NCBI GenBank assembly: GCA_963825055.1
Contig: CAWGSK010000030.1
Coordinates: 64,001-128,000, forward strand
DNA from: an uncultured Gemmatimonadales bacterium
GTDB taxonomy: Bacteria > Gemmatimonadota > Gemmatimonadetes > Gemmatimonadales > GWC2-71-9
Length of the DNA: 64,000 nucleotides
Reading direction: 5' to 3'
Shown here: positions 1-11,759 of the stretch, piece by piece
Position numbering within the stretch: the first letter of the stretch is position 1
Layout of the letters: every line of letters begins with the position of its first letter
Translations under genes and position numbers: made by a program
The notes under the pieces: model-generated
What the model saw: only the letters and a program-made list of their open reading frames with translations
Told to the model about the DNA's origin: nothing
Database searches by the model: none

Positions 1-1
1 C

Positions 2-250
2 GACCACGTCGGGAATGCGGTGAAGCTCCGTGAGCTTGCGCGCCGTCTCCAGGCTCCCGGCGTTCTCCTGGGCCACGGTCACCCCGGGATGGGAAGCGGC
101 GAAGGCCTCGAGCAAGTCATGAAACGGCCCCGCCAGGCTTCCCGCGTTGAACACCGTGAGCGGGCCGGTTTCGACCGGCCCGCGTTCCCGGCCGCAGGCT
201 GCCAGCAGGAGACCGAGGCCCAGAAGCAGGGCCGGGCCGCGCCCCTTCAC
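2..250 (-). CDS. Tungstate/molybdate ABC transporter substrate-binding lipoprotein (WtpA/ModA-like), N-terminal part only, runs off the window edge
   Basis: Not in the ORF track. Manual translation from GTG at 250 (overlapping the PAP2 stop) gives MKGRGPALLLGLGLLLAACG...LTVFNAGSLAGPF...QENAGSLETARKLTELHRIPDVV, with an LAAC lipobox and WtpA/ModA-like AGSL..PF and GS..ARK motifs. Confidence 0.75.
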   Translation of the reverse strand, partial: MKGRGPALLLGLGLLLAACGRERGPVETGPLTVFNAGSLAGPFHDLLEAFAASHPGVTVAQENAGSLETARKLTELHRIPDVV

Positions 251-966
251 CACGTTCCCTGCCATTCCAGGGCCACGCCACCCGCCCGGGGCAACACCGC
301 CGGGGCCCGGATGCCGAAGATCGCCAGCCGCCCCGTCGCGAACTTCGCGCTGACGTACCCGAGCGCGGCACCTGCCGCGACATCGCTCAGCCAGTGTTTG
401 TGGTCGTTCAGCCGGCTCCAGGCGGTGCCGGCGGCGAGCGTGTAGAGGCCCACCGTCGCCAGGGGCCGGTGGATTTCGTCCGAGAGGGAGGTGGCCAGGG
501 CAAAGGCCATCGTGGTGTGCCCGGACGGGAAGCTGCTCTGTCCGGAGAACGGGGCAAAGTCGTCAGCGTCATCCAGGCGATCCGCCGGCCGTGGCCGGCC
601 GAACGCCAGCTTGGCACCACCCACCATGATACCGGCGGTGAGGATGGACCCGCCCACGCGAAGGCCGGCATCACGAATGCCGCCGTCGCCACTTGCCAGG
701 CCCGCGGTCACCAGCCCGACGGCCACCGTCCCGTAGACCTCGGGTGAGCCGAAATGACGGAAAAAGCCCGCGACGTCATTGCTGGCATCCGAACGCGCCC
801 GGATCATGTCCCGGTTGACGGGCTCGTCGACCAGCGTCAGGAACGCGAGTCCCCCGACCATTGCGGCCCCGTGCCACCACTGCAACCCCGCCGCTGGGCG
901 GGGGGCCTGGGCCGTGGCCGGCGCCGGCGCCACCAGGAGGAAGGACAACACGAAGACCACGCACAT
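247..966 (-). CDS. PAP2-family phosphatase (membrane)
   Basis: KLAFGRPRP, SFPSGH and SRLNDHKHWLSDV motifs; start uncertain (ORF extends to 1038). Confidence 0.85.
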   Translation of the reverse strand: MCVVFVLSFLLVAPAPATAQAPRPAAGLQWWHGAAMVGGLAFLTLVDEPVNRDMIRARSDASNDVAGFFRHFGSPEVYGTVAVGLVTAGLASGDGGIRDAGLRVGGSILTAGIMVGGAKLAFGRPRPADRLDDADDFAPFSGQSSFPSGHTTMAFALATSLSDEIHRPLATVGLYTLAAGTAWSRLNDHKHWLSDVAAGAALGYVSAKFATGRLAIFGIRAPAVLPRAGGVALEWQGTW

Positions 967-1126
967 GGAGACGTGGCGCGGCGGCAACGGGAAGGGCGGT
1001 CTGGACATTCGGCGAATCCGGATTGAGGCGGGGGCCACTCACAATAATGTGGCGGGGGCTTTACATCCATACCCCGGAGGATGACTTTTGAGGCGCTGCG
1101 TATCACCATTCACCCCGGAATCGAAC

Positions 1127-1486
1127 ATGAAACGTCTCGCGGTCGTACTGGCGCTATTCACCCTTGCCGGCTGCCGGAATTACGACAACTGGGATGCCGT
1201 CTCCGACCAGGGAGGCCTGGTGCCGCCCGACGTCTACGCGACGTACGGTCGGGAACAGGCCATCGTCGTCGCCGTGGGCCGCGAGTTTGCCCGGCCCTAC
1301 AACAGCGGCGCCGGAGCCCAGGCGCGGATCGCCACCGCCTACGCCCGCAAGTTCCCGGATGTGGTGAACGTGACCGCGGACACGCTGGGCAACCGGCTCA
1401 CCATCCAGTTCAAGGACGGCTGGCTGGCCGCCGTGGTCCCGATCGACGACGGCAAGACCGGAGATGACACGAAGATTCCCTCCTGA
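1127..1486 (+). CDS. Hypothetical lipoprotein
   Basis: MKRLAVVLALFTLAGC lipobox signal; typical codon usage. Confidence 0.7.
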   Translation: MKRLAVVLALFTLAGCRNYDNWDAVSDQGGLVPPDVYATYGREQAIVVAVGREFARPYNSGAGAQARIATAYARKFPDVVNVTADTLGNRLTIQFKDGWLAAVVPIDDGKTGDDTKIPS

Positions 1487-1492
1487 TCCCCG

Positions 1493-1819
1493 ATGAAGGA
1501 CACCGGCTGCCTCCAGGTCATGACCATGCTTGAGTCACGCGAGGCGGCCGAGGGAATGGCCGGAACCCTGGTGAAGGAACAGCTGGCCGCCTGTGCGCAG
1601 GTGGCAGGCCCCGTCCAGAGCACGTACCGATGGCGTGACGCAGTCGAACAGGGCGAGGAGTGGATCTGCCAGTGCAAGATCCCCGCGGAGGCCTTCGAGG
1701 CCCTCGCCGCCCGCATCCGTGAGTTGCACTCCTACGACACGCCCGAAATCATCGCATTCCCCATCGTGGCTGGCGACCCTGCCTATCTCGCCTGGATCCG
1801 CGACGCCGTCCGCCTCTGA
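1493..1819 (+). CDS. cutA: Divalent-cation tolerance protein CutA
   Basis: LAACAQ..GPVQSTYRW and HSYDTPEII motifs; 108 aa. Confidence 0.92.
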   Translation: MKDTGCLQVMTMLESREAAEGMAGTLVKEQLAACAQVAGPVQSTYRWRDAVEQGEEWICQCKIPAEAFEALAARIRELHSYDTPEIIAFPIVAGDPAYLAWIRDAVRL

Positions 1820-1844
1820 TCGACGCCCTTTCCCCGGAGCCGTC

Positions 1845-2573
1845 ATGACCGAACCCACCGCAGCCACCGCCGCCACACCCGCCGTCTGGGAAGACATCCT
1901 CGAGATCTTCTACGCGCCCTCACGTGTCTTCGCCCGGCGCGAAGGTCGAGGGTTCGGAGTGCCATGGCTGATCTACATCATCCTTCTCGCCATCCTCTTC
2001 TTTGCCACCCGCAGCGCGCTCCAGCCGGTGTACGACGCCGAAACCTCCCGGCAGATGATGTCCGCGCTCGCCAAGAATCCGCAGATCAGCGAAGACATGG
2101 TGCGCACCCAGATGGAAATGGGGAAGAAATTCACCGGCGTGGCCATCATCCTCTTCGGGGCCCTGGCCCCCCTCCTGGTGGGCCTGCTCCTCTGGCTGGT
2201 GGGCAAGGCGGTGGGGGCGGCGGAGGTCCTGGGCGCGGCCGTGATGGTGGCAGTCATGTCGCAGTACCCCAGGCTCCTCGGATTCGTGGCCGGCGCGATC
2301 CAGGCGGCGTTCATCGCACCGGAGAAGATCCGCGGACAGGCAAGTATCTCGCTGGGCCCCGCCCGGTTCATTGACCCGGACACGGCCAGCGCCCTGACCA
2401 CCGGGCTGCTCGTCCGGCTGGACGTGTTCACCATCTGGGCCACGGTGCTCCTGGCCATCGGGCTCAAGGTCACCGGCAAGGTGGACATGACCAGGGCCGC
2501 CATCGTGGCCGCGGTAATCTGGGTGCTGGGCGCGCTCCCTGTGCTCCTCGGCGCGCTGGCCCAGCGAGGCTGA
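1845..2573 (+). CDS. YIP1-family membrane protein
   Basis: IFYAPSRVF N-terminal motif; about 5 TM segments. Confidence 0.8.
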   Translation: MTEPTAATAATPAVWEDILEIFYAPSRVFARREGRGFGVPWLIYIILLAILFFATRSALQPVYDAETSRQMMSALAKNPQISEDMVRTQMEMGKKFTGVAIILFGALAPLLVGLLLWLVGKAVGAAEVLGAAVMVAVMSQYPRLLGFVAGAIQAAFIAPEKIRGQASISLGPARFIDPDTASALTTGLLVRLDVFTIWATVLLAIGLKVTGKVDMTRAAIVAAVIWVLGALPVLLGALAQRG

Positions 2574-2577
2574 CATC

Positions 2578-2847
2578 GTGAAGAGAACCACGCTCGTCAC
2601 CATCATCGTGATCCTCGCCTTCGTGATCCTGCTGGCATGGAGCACGCTCTCGGCCCAGCGGGTCGAGTGCGAGGTCTGTGTCACCCACCGGGGGCTGCGC
2701 AACTGCGCCACAGCCTCCGCCGAGAACCAGGGCGATGCGATTCAGGCGGCCCAGAATACCGCCTGTGGCACTATCTCGGCAGGCATGGATGACCGGATTG
2801 CCTGTGGAAGGGCCCAGCCCGAAGTCCTCCGCTGCCAGACCCGCTGA
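2578..2847 (+). CDS. Small exported Cys-rich hypothetical protein
   Basis: N-terminal hydrophobic helix followed by 6 Cys in 89 aa. Confidence 0.65.
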   Translation: MKRTTLVTIIVILAFVILLAWSTLSAQRVECEVCVTHRGLRNCATASAENQGDAIQAAQNTACGTISAGMDDRIACGRAQPEVLRCQTR

Positions 2848-2870
2848 GCCGACCCGTGCAGGTTCTTCTC

Positions 2871-2912
2871 CCCGGCGGCGTCTCCCAGATAGGGCGCCGC
2901 CGGGATCTTTTT
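2871..2912 (+). terminator. Rho-independent terminator
   Basis: CCCGGCGGCGTCT/GGGCGCCGCCGGG stem followed by ATCTTTTT. Confidence 0.75.
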
Positions 2913-3064
2913 CGGCTCCCCGGTTGTAACTTGTTAGGAATGGAATACTTAGAAAGGTGAATCCCGGGCCGGGCCGCCACGGCAGGCACAGTCAGGCGAG
3001 GGCAATGGCACCAAGATTGCTCGTTCAGTTGCCGGAGCCAGCACCCCGACCGGGGGGATGAGAT

Positions 3065-3514
3065 ATGACCGACATGGAAATCTCGATTCGCGACATGGAG
3101 GAAGGCGAGGAGTTTGGTGAATGGCTCGCCGACCTCATCGAGCGTGACGAAGCCGAGACCGGCCGCGCGATCCGCAGCGAAGACCGTTACCTGGTCCTCA
3201 CTGACGCGATCGGCGACTGGATTGGCGGGCTGCGGTATTCCCTGCAGGGCGGAGTGGCCCGGCTGGTCCAGCTGGCCGTCCGCTCGAGCGAGCGCCACCA
3301 GGGGCACGCCCACCGCCTTCTGCAGGCATTCGAGGAGCGGGCAGTGGAGTCCGGCGCCCACCTCGTGGAATTCTGGACCGACGACATCCGAAGCCATGGT
3401 TTCCTCTCCGCCATCGGCTGGCGCGCGGTGCTGGCCCGGGAGGATTACGTCGGGCACCGCCGCTGGTACCTGATGGAGAAGCCCCTCCCGCAGTTCGCCT
3501 CCGTCGAGTCCTGA
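3065..3514 (+). CDS. GNAT-family N-acetyltransferase
   Basis: LAVRSSERHQGHAHRLL acetyl-CoA-binding motif A. Confidence 0.8.
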   Translation: MTDMEISIRDMEEGEEFGEWLADLIERDEAETGRAIRSEDRYLVLTDAIGDWIGGLRYSLQGGVARLVQLAVRSSERHQGHAHRLLQAFEERAVESGAHLVEFWTDDIRSHGFLSAIGWRAVLAREDYVGHRRWYLMEKPLPQFASVES

Positions 3515-3608
3515 GCCACCGGCTGGCCTCAGGAAGCCAATAGGGACAGATTACGTATCTGTGTAGCGCTGACACCCGGCTCCCCTGGTGTCCCCCTGAA
3601 GTGACAGG

Positions 3609-4583
3609 ATGGAAATGAGCAACAGCCCCGCCGCATCTCTGCATTCCAAGATCGAGGTTCTTCAGGACCTCGAGAATCGGGTCCAGGACCTGATGGCCCG
3701 GCACGAGGAAAAGCGGGAGCTCTGGTATCCCTCGGAACTGCTGGATGCCGAAGACGGTGACACGGACGCGCATCTGGACATGCTCCGGAAGCGGGCGCGG
3801 GGTATTCCCGATTCCGCCCGCGCCGCCATCGCCCTCAACCTCCTCACCGAGGAAGGCCTGCCACATTTTCACCGGCTCCTCGCCGTCTACCTCGGCGACG
3901 ACAGCCACTGGCAGACCTGGAACAACCTCTGGACCGCCGAAGAGGACCGGCACGGTGCCGTGCTCCGGGACTACGTCCGCGAAGCCCGCCTCTATGACCA
4001 GCAGAAGCTCGAGCGCCTCCAGTTCGCGTACATCCGCAACGGGTTCCATCCCGGCTGGGATCGCGACCCGTATCGCGTGTTCGTCTATACCTCGGTGCAG
4101 GAGCGCGCGACGCAGGCTTCGCACGCCGGCACGGCACGGGTCGTCGGGGAGTACGAGCCTCTCCTCGGGACGGTGCTGAACCGCGTGGCCGCCGAGGAGG
4201 CACGCCACTACACGTTCTACCGCACGGTGTTCGAGGAAATCCTGGCCCGTGATCCGGACCAGGCGCTCGAATCGGCCTCCCGGATTCTGCCGGGGATCGA
4301 CATGCCGGGCGTGGCCATGCCCGGCTTCCGGGAATTCGCCGAGGTCGTGCGACGGTCCGGTATCTATGGGCCGTGGGATTACATGCGCATCGTCCAGGAG
4401 CAGATCCGCTACTGGAAGATCGAGGGGCTGCGCGGGCTGTCGGAAATCGGGCGGGTGGCCCAGGAGAAGATCCTGGAGATCCCCGAACGATTGAAGCGGG
4501 TCGCGGAGCACATTGACCGTCGAAGCCGCTCGAAGACCTTCAGCTTTGACATTCTGTTCCATCGCGAATTCGCGATGGAGTAA
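3609..4583 (+). CDS. Acyl-ACP desaturase (ferritin-like di-iron, DesA/FAB2 type)
   Basis: LTEEGLP, WTAEEDRHG, QERAT and EEARH motifs. Confidence 0.9.
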   Translation: MEMSNSPAASLHSKIEVLQDLENRVQDLMARHEEKRELWYPSELLDAEDGDTDAHLDMLRKRARGIPDSARAAIALNLLTEEGLPHFHRLLAVYLGDDSHWQTWNNLWTAEEDRHGAVLRDYVREARLYDQQKLERLQFAYIRNGFHPGWDRDPYRVFVYTSVQERATQASHAGTARVVGEYEPLLGTVLNRVAAEEARHYTFYRTVFEEILARDPDQALESASRILPGIDMPGVAMPGFREFAEVVRRSGIYGPWDYMRIVQEQIRYWKIEGLRGLSEIGRVAQEKILEIPERLKRVAEHIDRRSRSKTFSFDILFHREFAME

Positions 4584-4601
4584 CCGGCGAATCCCTTCCC
4601 C

Positions 4602-5057
4602 ATGCTCCGGCGCTTCCCGGCCACCATTCCCGCCCTGCTGCTCGTGGGGCTTCTCGTCGCCTGCGGAAAGGACAAGCCGGCCACGCCGGAGGCGCGCCAG
4701 CAGGTCCGCGCGGAGGCGACAAAGGGAGATCCTGAAGCCGAGGCATCAGTCCTGGGGCGGGAAATCCGTGACCTGGTCGACCGTGCCATGGCGTATCGCA
4801 GCTCGCATGGTGGACGGTCTCCCCGCTCCCTGCGCGAACTCGGTATCGATGAACTGACCCACGGCACCCGTCGGTCCCTGTCCGTAGTGGACGGGATGCC
4901 CCGGGTCACCGTGGCATTCCGCGTGACCGAGGGACGGCTGGTCGAATCGTGCTCCGGAAACGACCGGATCCTGGAGGATGCCACCCTGAGCGGGACCTAT
5001 ACGCTGGACTGCACATACGTGTCAGGGGGGAATACGACCTTCACGGTTGCGCGCTAG
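4602..5057 (+). CDS. Hypothetical lipoprotein
   Basis: LLVAC lipobox. Confidence 0.65.
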   Translation: MLRRFPATIPALLLVGLLVACGKDKPATPEARQQVRAEATKGDPEAEASVLGREIRDLVDRAMAYRSSHGGRSPRSLRELGIDELTHGTRRSLSVVDGMPRVTVAFRVTEGRLVESCSGNDRILEDATLSGTYTLDCTYVSGGNTTFTVAR

Positions 5058-5060
5058 CCC

Positions 5061-5636
5061 GTGCTGATCGAAGAGGTCGTCCGATACCTCGTACTCGCGG
5101 CGTTTGCATTCGCCTGCCTCATTGCCCTCACCTGGTGGGCCCTCCGCGAAGGCCGCCTGGCCCCATCGAATCCCCTGGCGAAGTTCATGCGCCGCGCCGG
5201 GGACCCGTTCGTCCAGCCAATGGCGCGGCGGGTCGCCCGGATGGGAGGCAACTCCCAGGACGCACCGTTCTGGCTCATTGCAGCCGTGGTGCTGGGCGGA
5301 CTGTTGCTGATTACGGCAACAGGCTGGCTGCTCGACATGATCGCGTACGTGCAGTACGCCTCGAGAAGCGGACCGCGGGCGTGGCTCCGGCTGCTGATCG
5401 ACCTCGCCTATTTCCTCCTGGTCGCTGCCCTGGTGGTCCGGGTGGCCGCATCCTGGCTCGGTCTCTCGCGACAGGGTCCGGTTGTGGGCCTCGCTTTCCG
5501 CCTGACGGACTGGATCGTGCTCCCCATCCGGCGGCTGCTCCCCGCGATGGGGCCGCTGGACCTGAGCCCGCTGGTCGCCTGGCTCTTCCTGATGATTATC
5601 CGCTGGCTCCTGCACGCGATCGTTCCCGCGTTCTAG
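5061..5636 (+). CDS. yggT: YggT-family membrane protein (duplicated domain)
   Basis: LTDWIVLPIRRLLP..G.LDLSPLVA motif; adjacent to DUF167 gene. Confidence 0.85.
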   Translation: MLIEEVVRYLVLAAFAFACLIALTWWALREGRLAPSNPLAKFMRRAGDPFVQPMARRVARMGGNSQDAPFWLIAAVVLGGLLLITATGWLLDMIAYVQYASRSGPRAWLRLLIDLAYFLLVAALVVRVAASWLGLSRQGPVVGLAFRLTDWIVLPIRRLLPAMGPLDLSPLVAWLFLMIIRWLLHAIVPAF

Positions 5637-5639
5637 GTC

Positions 5640-5933
5640 ATGCCCATCTCGCCGCGTGACGGCGGCGTCCGGCTCCGCCTCTACATCCAGCCCCGAGCCT
5701 CCCGCACCGAGGTGGCCGGCCTCCATGACGACGTCATTCGTATCCGCCTCGCCGCCCCGCCGGTGGATGGCGCGGCGAACAAATCCCTGGTCCGTTTCCT
5801 GGCGAGACGCCTCGGCGTCCGGCAGTCGGAGGTGACCCTCGCTGCGGGCCAGTCCAGTCGGCGCAAGACTGTGGATGTCACGGGCCTGTCGGTGGAGGAA
5901 GCCCGGACCAGGCTCCTGAAGCCGGAGGCGTAG
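5640..5933 (+). CDS. DUF167 (YggU-like) protein
   Basis: QPRASR, APPVDGAAN and GQSSRRK motifs. Confidence 0.9.
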   Translation: MPISPRDGGVRLRLYIQPRASRTEVAGLHDDVIRIRLAAPPVDGAANKSLVRFLARRLGVRQSEVTLAAGQSSRRKTVDVTGLSVEEARTRLLKPEA

Positions 5934-5938
5934 AGCGC

Positions 5939-5967
5939 TTGCCGCACACGCCCCATCCGCCTACGTT
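5939..5967 (+). promoter_or_regulatory. Sigma70-like promoter for the metH leader
   Basis: TTGCCG-N17-TACGTT directly upstream of the riboswitch. Confidence 0.55.
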
Positions 5968-5980
5968 CCGCAGACAATCG

Positions 5981-6035
5981 AACCCGTGGTGATTTGCGCC
6001 TATTGCGGCCACGTTAAACAACTCGCTAAAACGCC
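5981..6035 (+). ncRNA. SAM-II (SAM_alpha-type) riboswitch aptamer
   Basis: CGTGG-TGATTT...TTGC-G-GCCACG-TTAAACAA-CTC-GCTAAA matches the SAM-II consensus as recalled (P1 CGTGGT/GCCACG; TTGC/GCTAA pseudoknot); sits in the 5' UTR of metH. Confidence 0.85.
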
Positions 6036-6082
6036 GCCCGGGGTGTTTTGGCACCGCGGGTTTCCGTGTTTCGGGAGGTTTC

Positions 6083-9000
6083 ATGGCAGGTGAGGGAGGA
6101 GCAGGAGGGAAGGCGGCACGGCGTCCGGCACGAGCGCGCCGGCTGGAGGCGCTGCCCCGGCTCCTGGGGGAGCGCATCCTCCTGCTCGACGGCGCCATGG
6201 GCACCATGATCCAGCGCGCCCGGCCCGGCGAGGAGGACTACCGGGGGGAGCGGTTCCGGGAACACACGCGTGACTTGCGCGGAAACAACGACCTGCTGAC
6301 GCTCACCCGTCCCGACCTGATCCGCGACATCCACGCCGCCTACCTCGCGGCCGGGGCGGACATCATCGAGACGAACACGTTCAACTCGACCGCGATCGCA
6401 CAGGCCGACTACGGGCTGGAAGCCCTGGTCCCGGAGTTGAACCTCGCCGGGGCCGCGCTGGCGCGGGCCGCCGCCGATGCGGCTGAGGAGGCGGATGGCA
6501 ACCCCCGGTGGGTCGCCGGGGTACTCGGGCCCACGAACCGCACGGCCTCGCTCTCGCCGGATGTGGGCAACCCGGCCGCACGCAACGTGACCTTCGCCGA
6601 ACTCGCCGAAGCCTATCGTGTCGCGGCCGCCGCCCTCGTGGAGGGAGGAGCCGACCTGCTCCTGATCGAGACCGTGTTCGATACCCTGAACGCGAAGGCC
6701 GCAATCTACGCCGTGATGGAGCTGTTCCCTGACGTCACCACCCGCCCCCCACTCATGATCTCCGGCACCATCACCGATGCCAGCGGGCGCACATTGTCCG
6801 GCCAGACCACCGAGGCCTTCTGGTACTCCATCGCGCACGCCCAGCCCTTCAGTGTCGGGCTCAACTGCGCACTCGGCGCTTCACAGCTTCGTGCCCACGT
6901 GCAGGACCTGGCCCGCACCGCGCCGGTCCCGGTCAGCACGCACCCCAACGCGGGCCTGCCCAACGAGTTCGGCGAATACGACGACACCCCCGCGTCCATG
7001 GCCAGCGTGCTGGGTGGCTTCGCCAAGGACGGGCTCGTGAACATCGTCGGCGGCTGTTGCGGCACGACACCCGACCACATCGCGGCCATCCGCGAGGCCG
7101 TGGCCGGATGCGCACCGCGCGCCCTGCCATCCTTCCCGCGCCGCTGCCGCCTGAGCGGCCTCGAGCCGCTGGTGATCAGCCCGGAATCCAACTTCGTGAA
7201 CGTGGGCGAGCGCACCAACGTGACGGGCTCGCGCCGGTTTGCGAAGCTCGTCCTGTCGGGCGCCTACGAAGACGCGCTCGAGGTGGCCCGGGAGCAGGTG
7301 GAAAACGGGGCCCAGATCGTCGACGTCAACATGGACGAAGGGATGCTGGATTCCCGCGAGGCCATGCGGACCTTCCTGCGCCTCATCGCGTCGGATCCGG
7401 CCATCAGCCGGGTGCCGATCATGGTGGACAGCTCCCGCTGGGACGTCATCCAGGAAGGCCTCCAGCAACTCCAGGGGAAGGGTGTCGTCAACTCCATCAG
7501 TCTCAAGGAAGGCGAGGAGGAATTCCGGCAGCGCGCCCGGGAAGTGCGTCGCTACGGCGCGGCGGTGGTGGTGATGGCCTTCGACGAACAGGGCCAGGCC
7601 GACACTGCGGGACGGAAGGTCGCGATATGCACCCGCAGCTACCGGATCCTGACGGAGGAACTCGGCTTTCCGGCCGAGGACATCATCTTCGACCCGAATA
7701 TCTTCGCCATCGGGACCGGCATGGAGGAGCATGCCGGCTACGCGCTCGCCTTCATCGAGGCCACGCGCCAGATCAAGGCCACCCTCCCGCATGCCCTGGT
7801 GAGCGGCGGCGTTTCCAACGTCTCCTTCTCGTTCCGTGGCAACGCGCCGGTGCGCGAGGCGATGCACTCGGCGTTCCTGTACCACGCGATCCGCGCCGGC
7901 ATGGACATGGGAATCGTCAATGCCGGACAGCTTGCGATCTACGACGACATCCCGCAGGACCTCCTGGAGCGGGTGGAGGACGTAATCCTCAACCGGCGGC
8001 AGGACGCCACCGAGCGGCTGCTCGAGGTCGCCCAGGACGCAACATCCCTGACGCGCGCGCACGGGCCCGACCTCTCCTGGCGGGAGCGCCCGGTCACCGA
8101 GCGCCTGACGCACGCGCTGGTGGAAGGAATCAACGCCTGGATCGTGGCGGACACCGAAGAGGCCCGCCAGGAATTCGACCATGCCATCGAGGTGATCGAA
8201 GGGCCACTCATGGACGGCATGAACGTCGTGGGCGACCTGTTCGGCGCGGGGAAGATGTTCCTGCCGCAGGTCGTCAAGAGCGCCCGGGTCATGAAGCAGG
8301 CCGTCGCGCACCTCATTCCGTACATTGAGGCCGAACGGGCCGGAGCCCCGTCGCGCCCGCGCGGCAGGGTGGTGCTGGCCACCGTCAAGGGCGACGTACA
8401 CGACATCGGCAAGAACATCGTGGGCGTGGTCCTGCAGTGCAACAACTACGAGGTGATCGACCTTGGCGTGATGGTGCCCTGCCAGAAAATCCTGGATACG
8501 GCGCGGGAGCATGAAGCCGATCTCATCGGGCTGAGCGGCCTGATCACGCCGTCCCTCGAGGAAATGGTGTTCGTCGCTTCCGAGATGGAGCGCCAGGGTT
8601 TCGAGCAACCCCTGCTCATCGGGGGCGCCACGACGTCCCGGGCGCATACGGCCGTCCGGATCGAACCCGCCTATTCCGGGCCGACAGTGCACGTCCTCGA
8701 TGCCTCCCGGGCGGTCGGAGTGGCCGGTACGCTGCTCAACCCCTCGGCCCGCGAGGCCTTTCACCGGGAGGTCCGCGCCGACTACGCCGCCCTCCGTGAG
8801 TCACGGCGAGGCCGGCGCCAGGCACGCGAGCGCCAGGGCATCGAAGATGCGCGAGCCAACCGGTTCCGGATCGACTGGCCCTCGACCGATCCGCCCGCGC
8901 CGGCCGCGAACGGGATCACCGTCCTCGACCATTACCCGCTCGAAGAGTTGCGCGAGCGAATCGACTGGACGCCATTCTTCCAGACGTGGGAGTTGCGGGG

Positions 9001-9830
9001 GCATTACCCCGACATCCTCACCGACGAAGCCCAGGGCGCCACGGCGCGAGAACTCTACGCCGATGCCCAGGCCATGCTTGACCGCATCATCCGTGAGCGC
9101 TCGGTGACCGCGCGTGCGGTGTTCGGCCTCTTCCCTGCCGCGGCCGATGGCGACGACATCGTCCTGTACGACGACCCCGGTCGGGAACGCGTCCGCGCCG
9201 TCGTCCACACGCTCAGGCAACAGATGACGAAGGGGCCGGACAGGCCCAATTACGCCCTGGCCGACTTCGTCGCCCCCGTCGGCAGCGGGGTCCCCGATCA
9301 TCTCGGCGCCTTCGTGGTGACTGCCGGCATCGGCCTTCCGGAGCTCATTGCCCATTTCGAGGCGGCCAACGACGACTACTCCGCTATCATGGCTCGCGCG
9401 ATCACCGACCGCCTGGCCGAGGCGTTCGCCGAGCGGCTGCACGAGCGGATCCGCCGCGAGTTCTGGGGCTATGCGCCGGACGAACACCTGGACAACGCCG
9501 ATCTGATCCGCGAGCGCTACCAGGGCATCCGACCCGCGCCGGGCTACCCCGCCTGCCCGGATCACACCGAGAAGCAGATCCTGTTCAGCCTGCTGGACGC
9601 GGAAGAACGGATCGGAGTCCGGCTGACCGAGAGTTGCGCCATGCTGCCGGCCGCATCCGTCAGCGGGTACTACTTCTGGCATCCGGAGTCGCGGTACTTC
9701 GGGGTCGGTACCATCGAGCGGGACCAGCTCGAGGACTACGCCCGGAGAAAGGGCATGCCGGTGAATGAGCTTGCGCGCTGGCTCGCGCCGAACCTCGACC
9801 ACACGCCGGAAGCACGCGCGGAGGAGGCCC

Positions 9831-9847
<17 letters not shown>
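6083..9847 (+). CDS. metH: Cobalamin-dependent methionine synthase
   Basis: [34 protein letters not shown]12 motif and [12 protein letters not shown]; 1254 aa. Confidence 0.98.
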
Positions 9848-11696
<1,849 letters not shown>

Positions 11697-11759
11697 ACCG
11701 CGGTGCCGCCGGGGGTATGTTCGACCCCTGACGAACCCCGACACCGAGGCCCTGCCTTC

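Noticed and set aside
5934..6082. Cobalamin or SAM-I riboswitch upstream of metH
   Set aside because: No B12-box or SAM-I core is visible; the sequence fits SAM-II instead.
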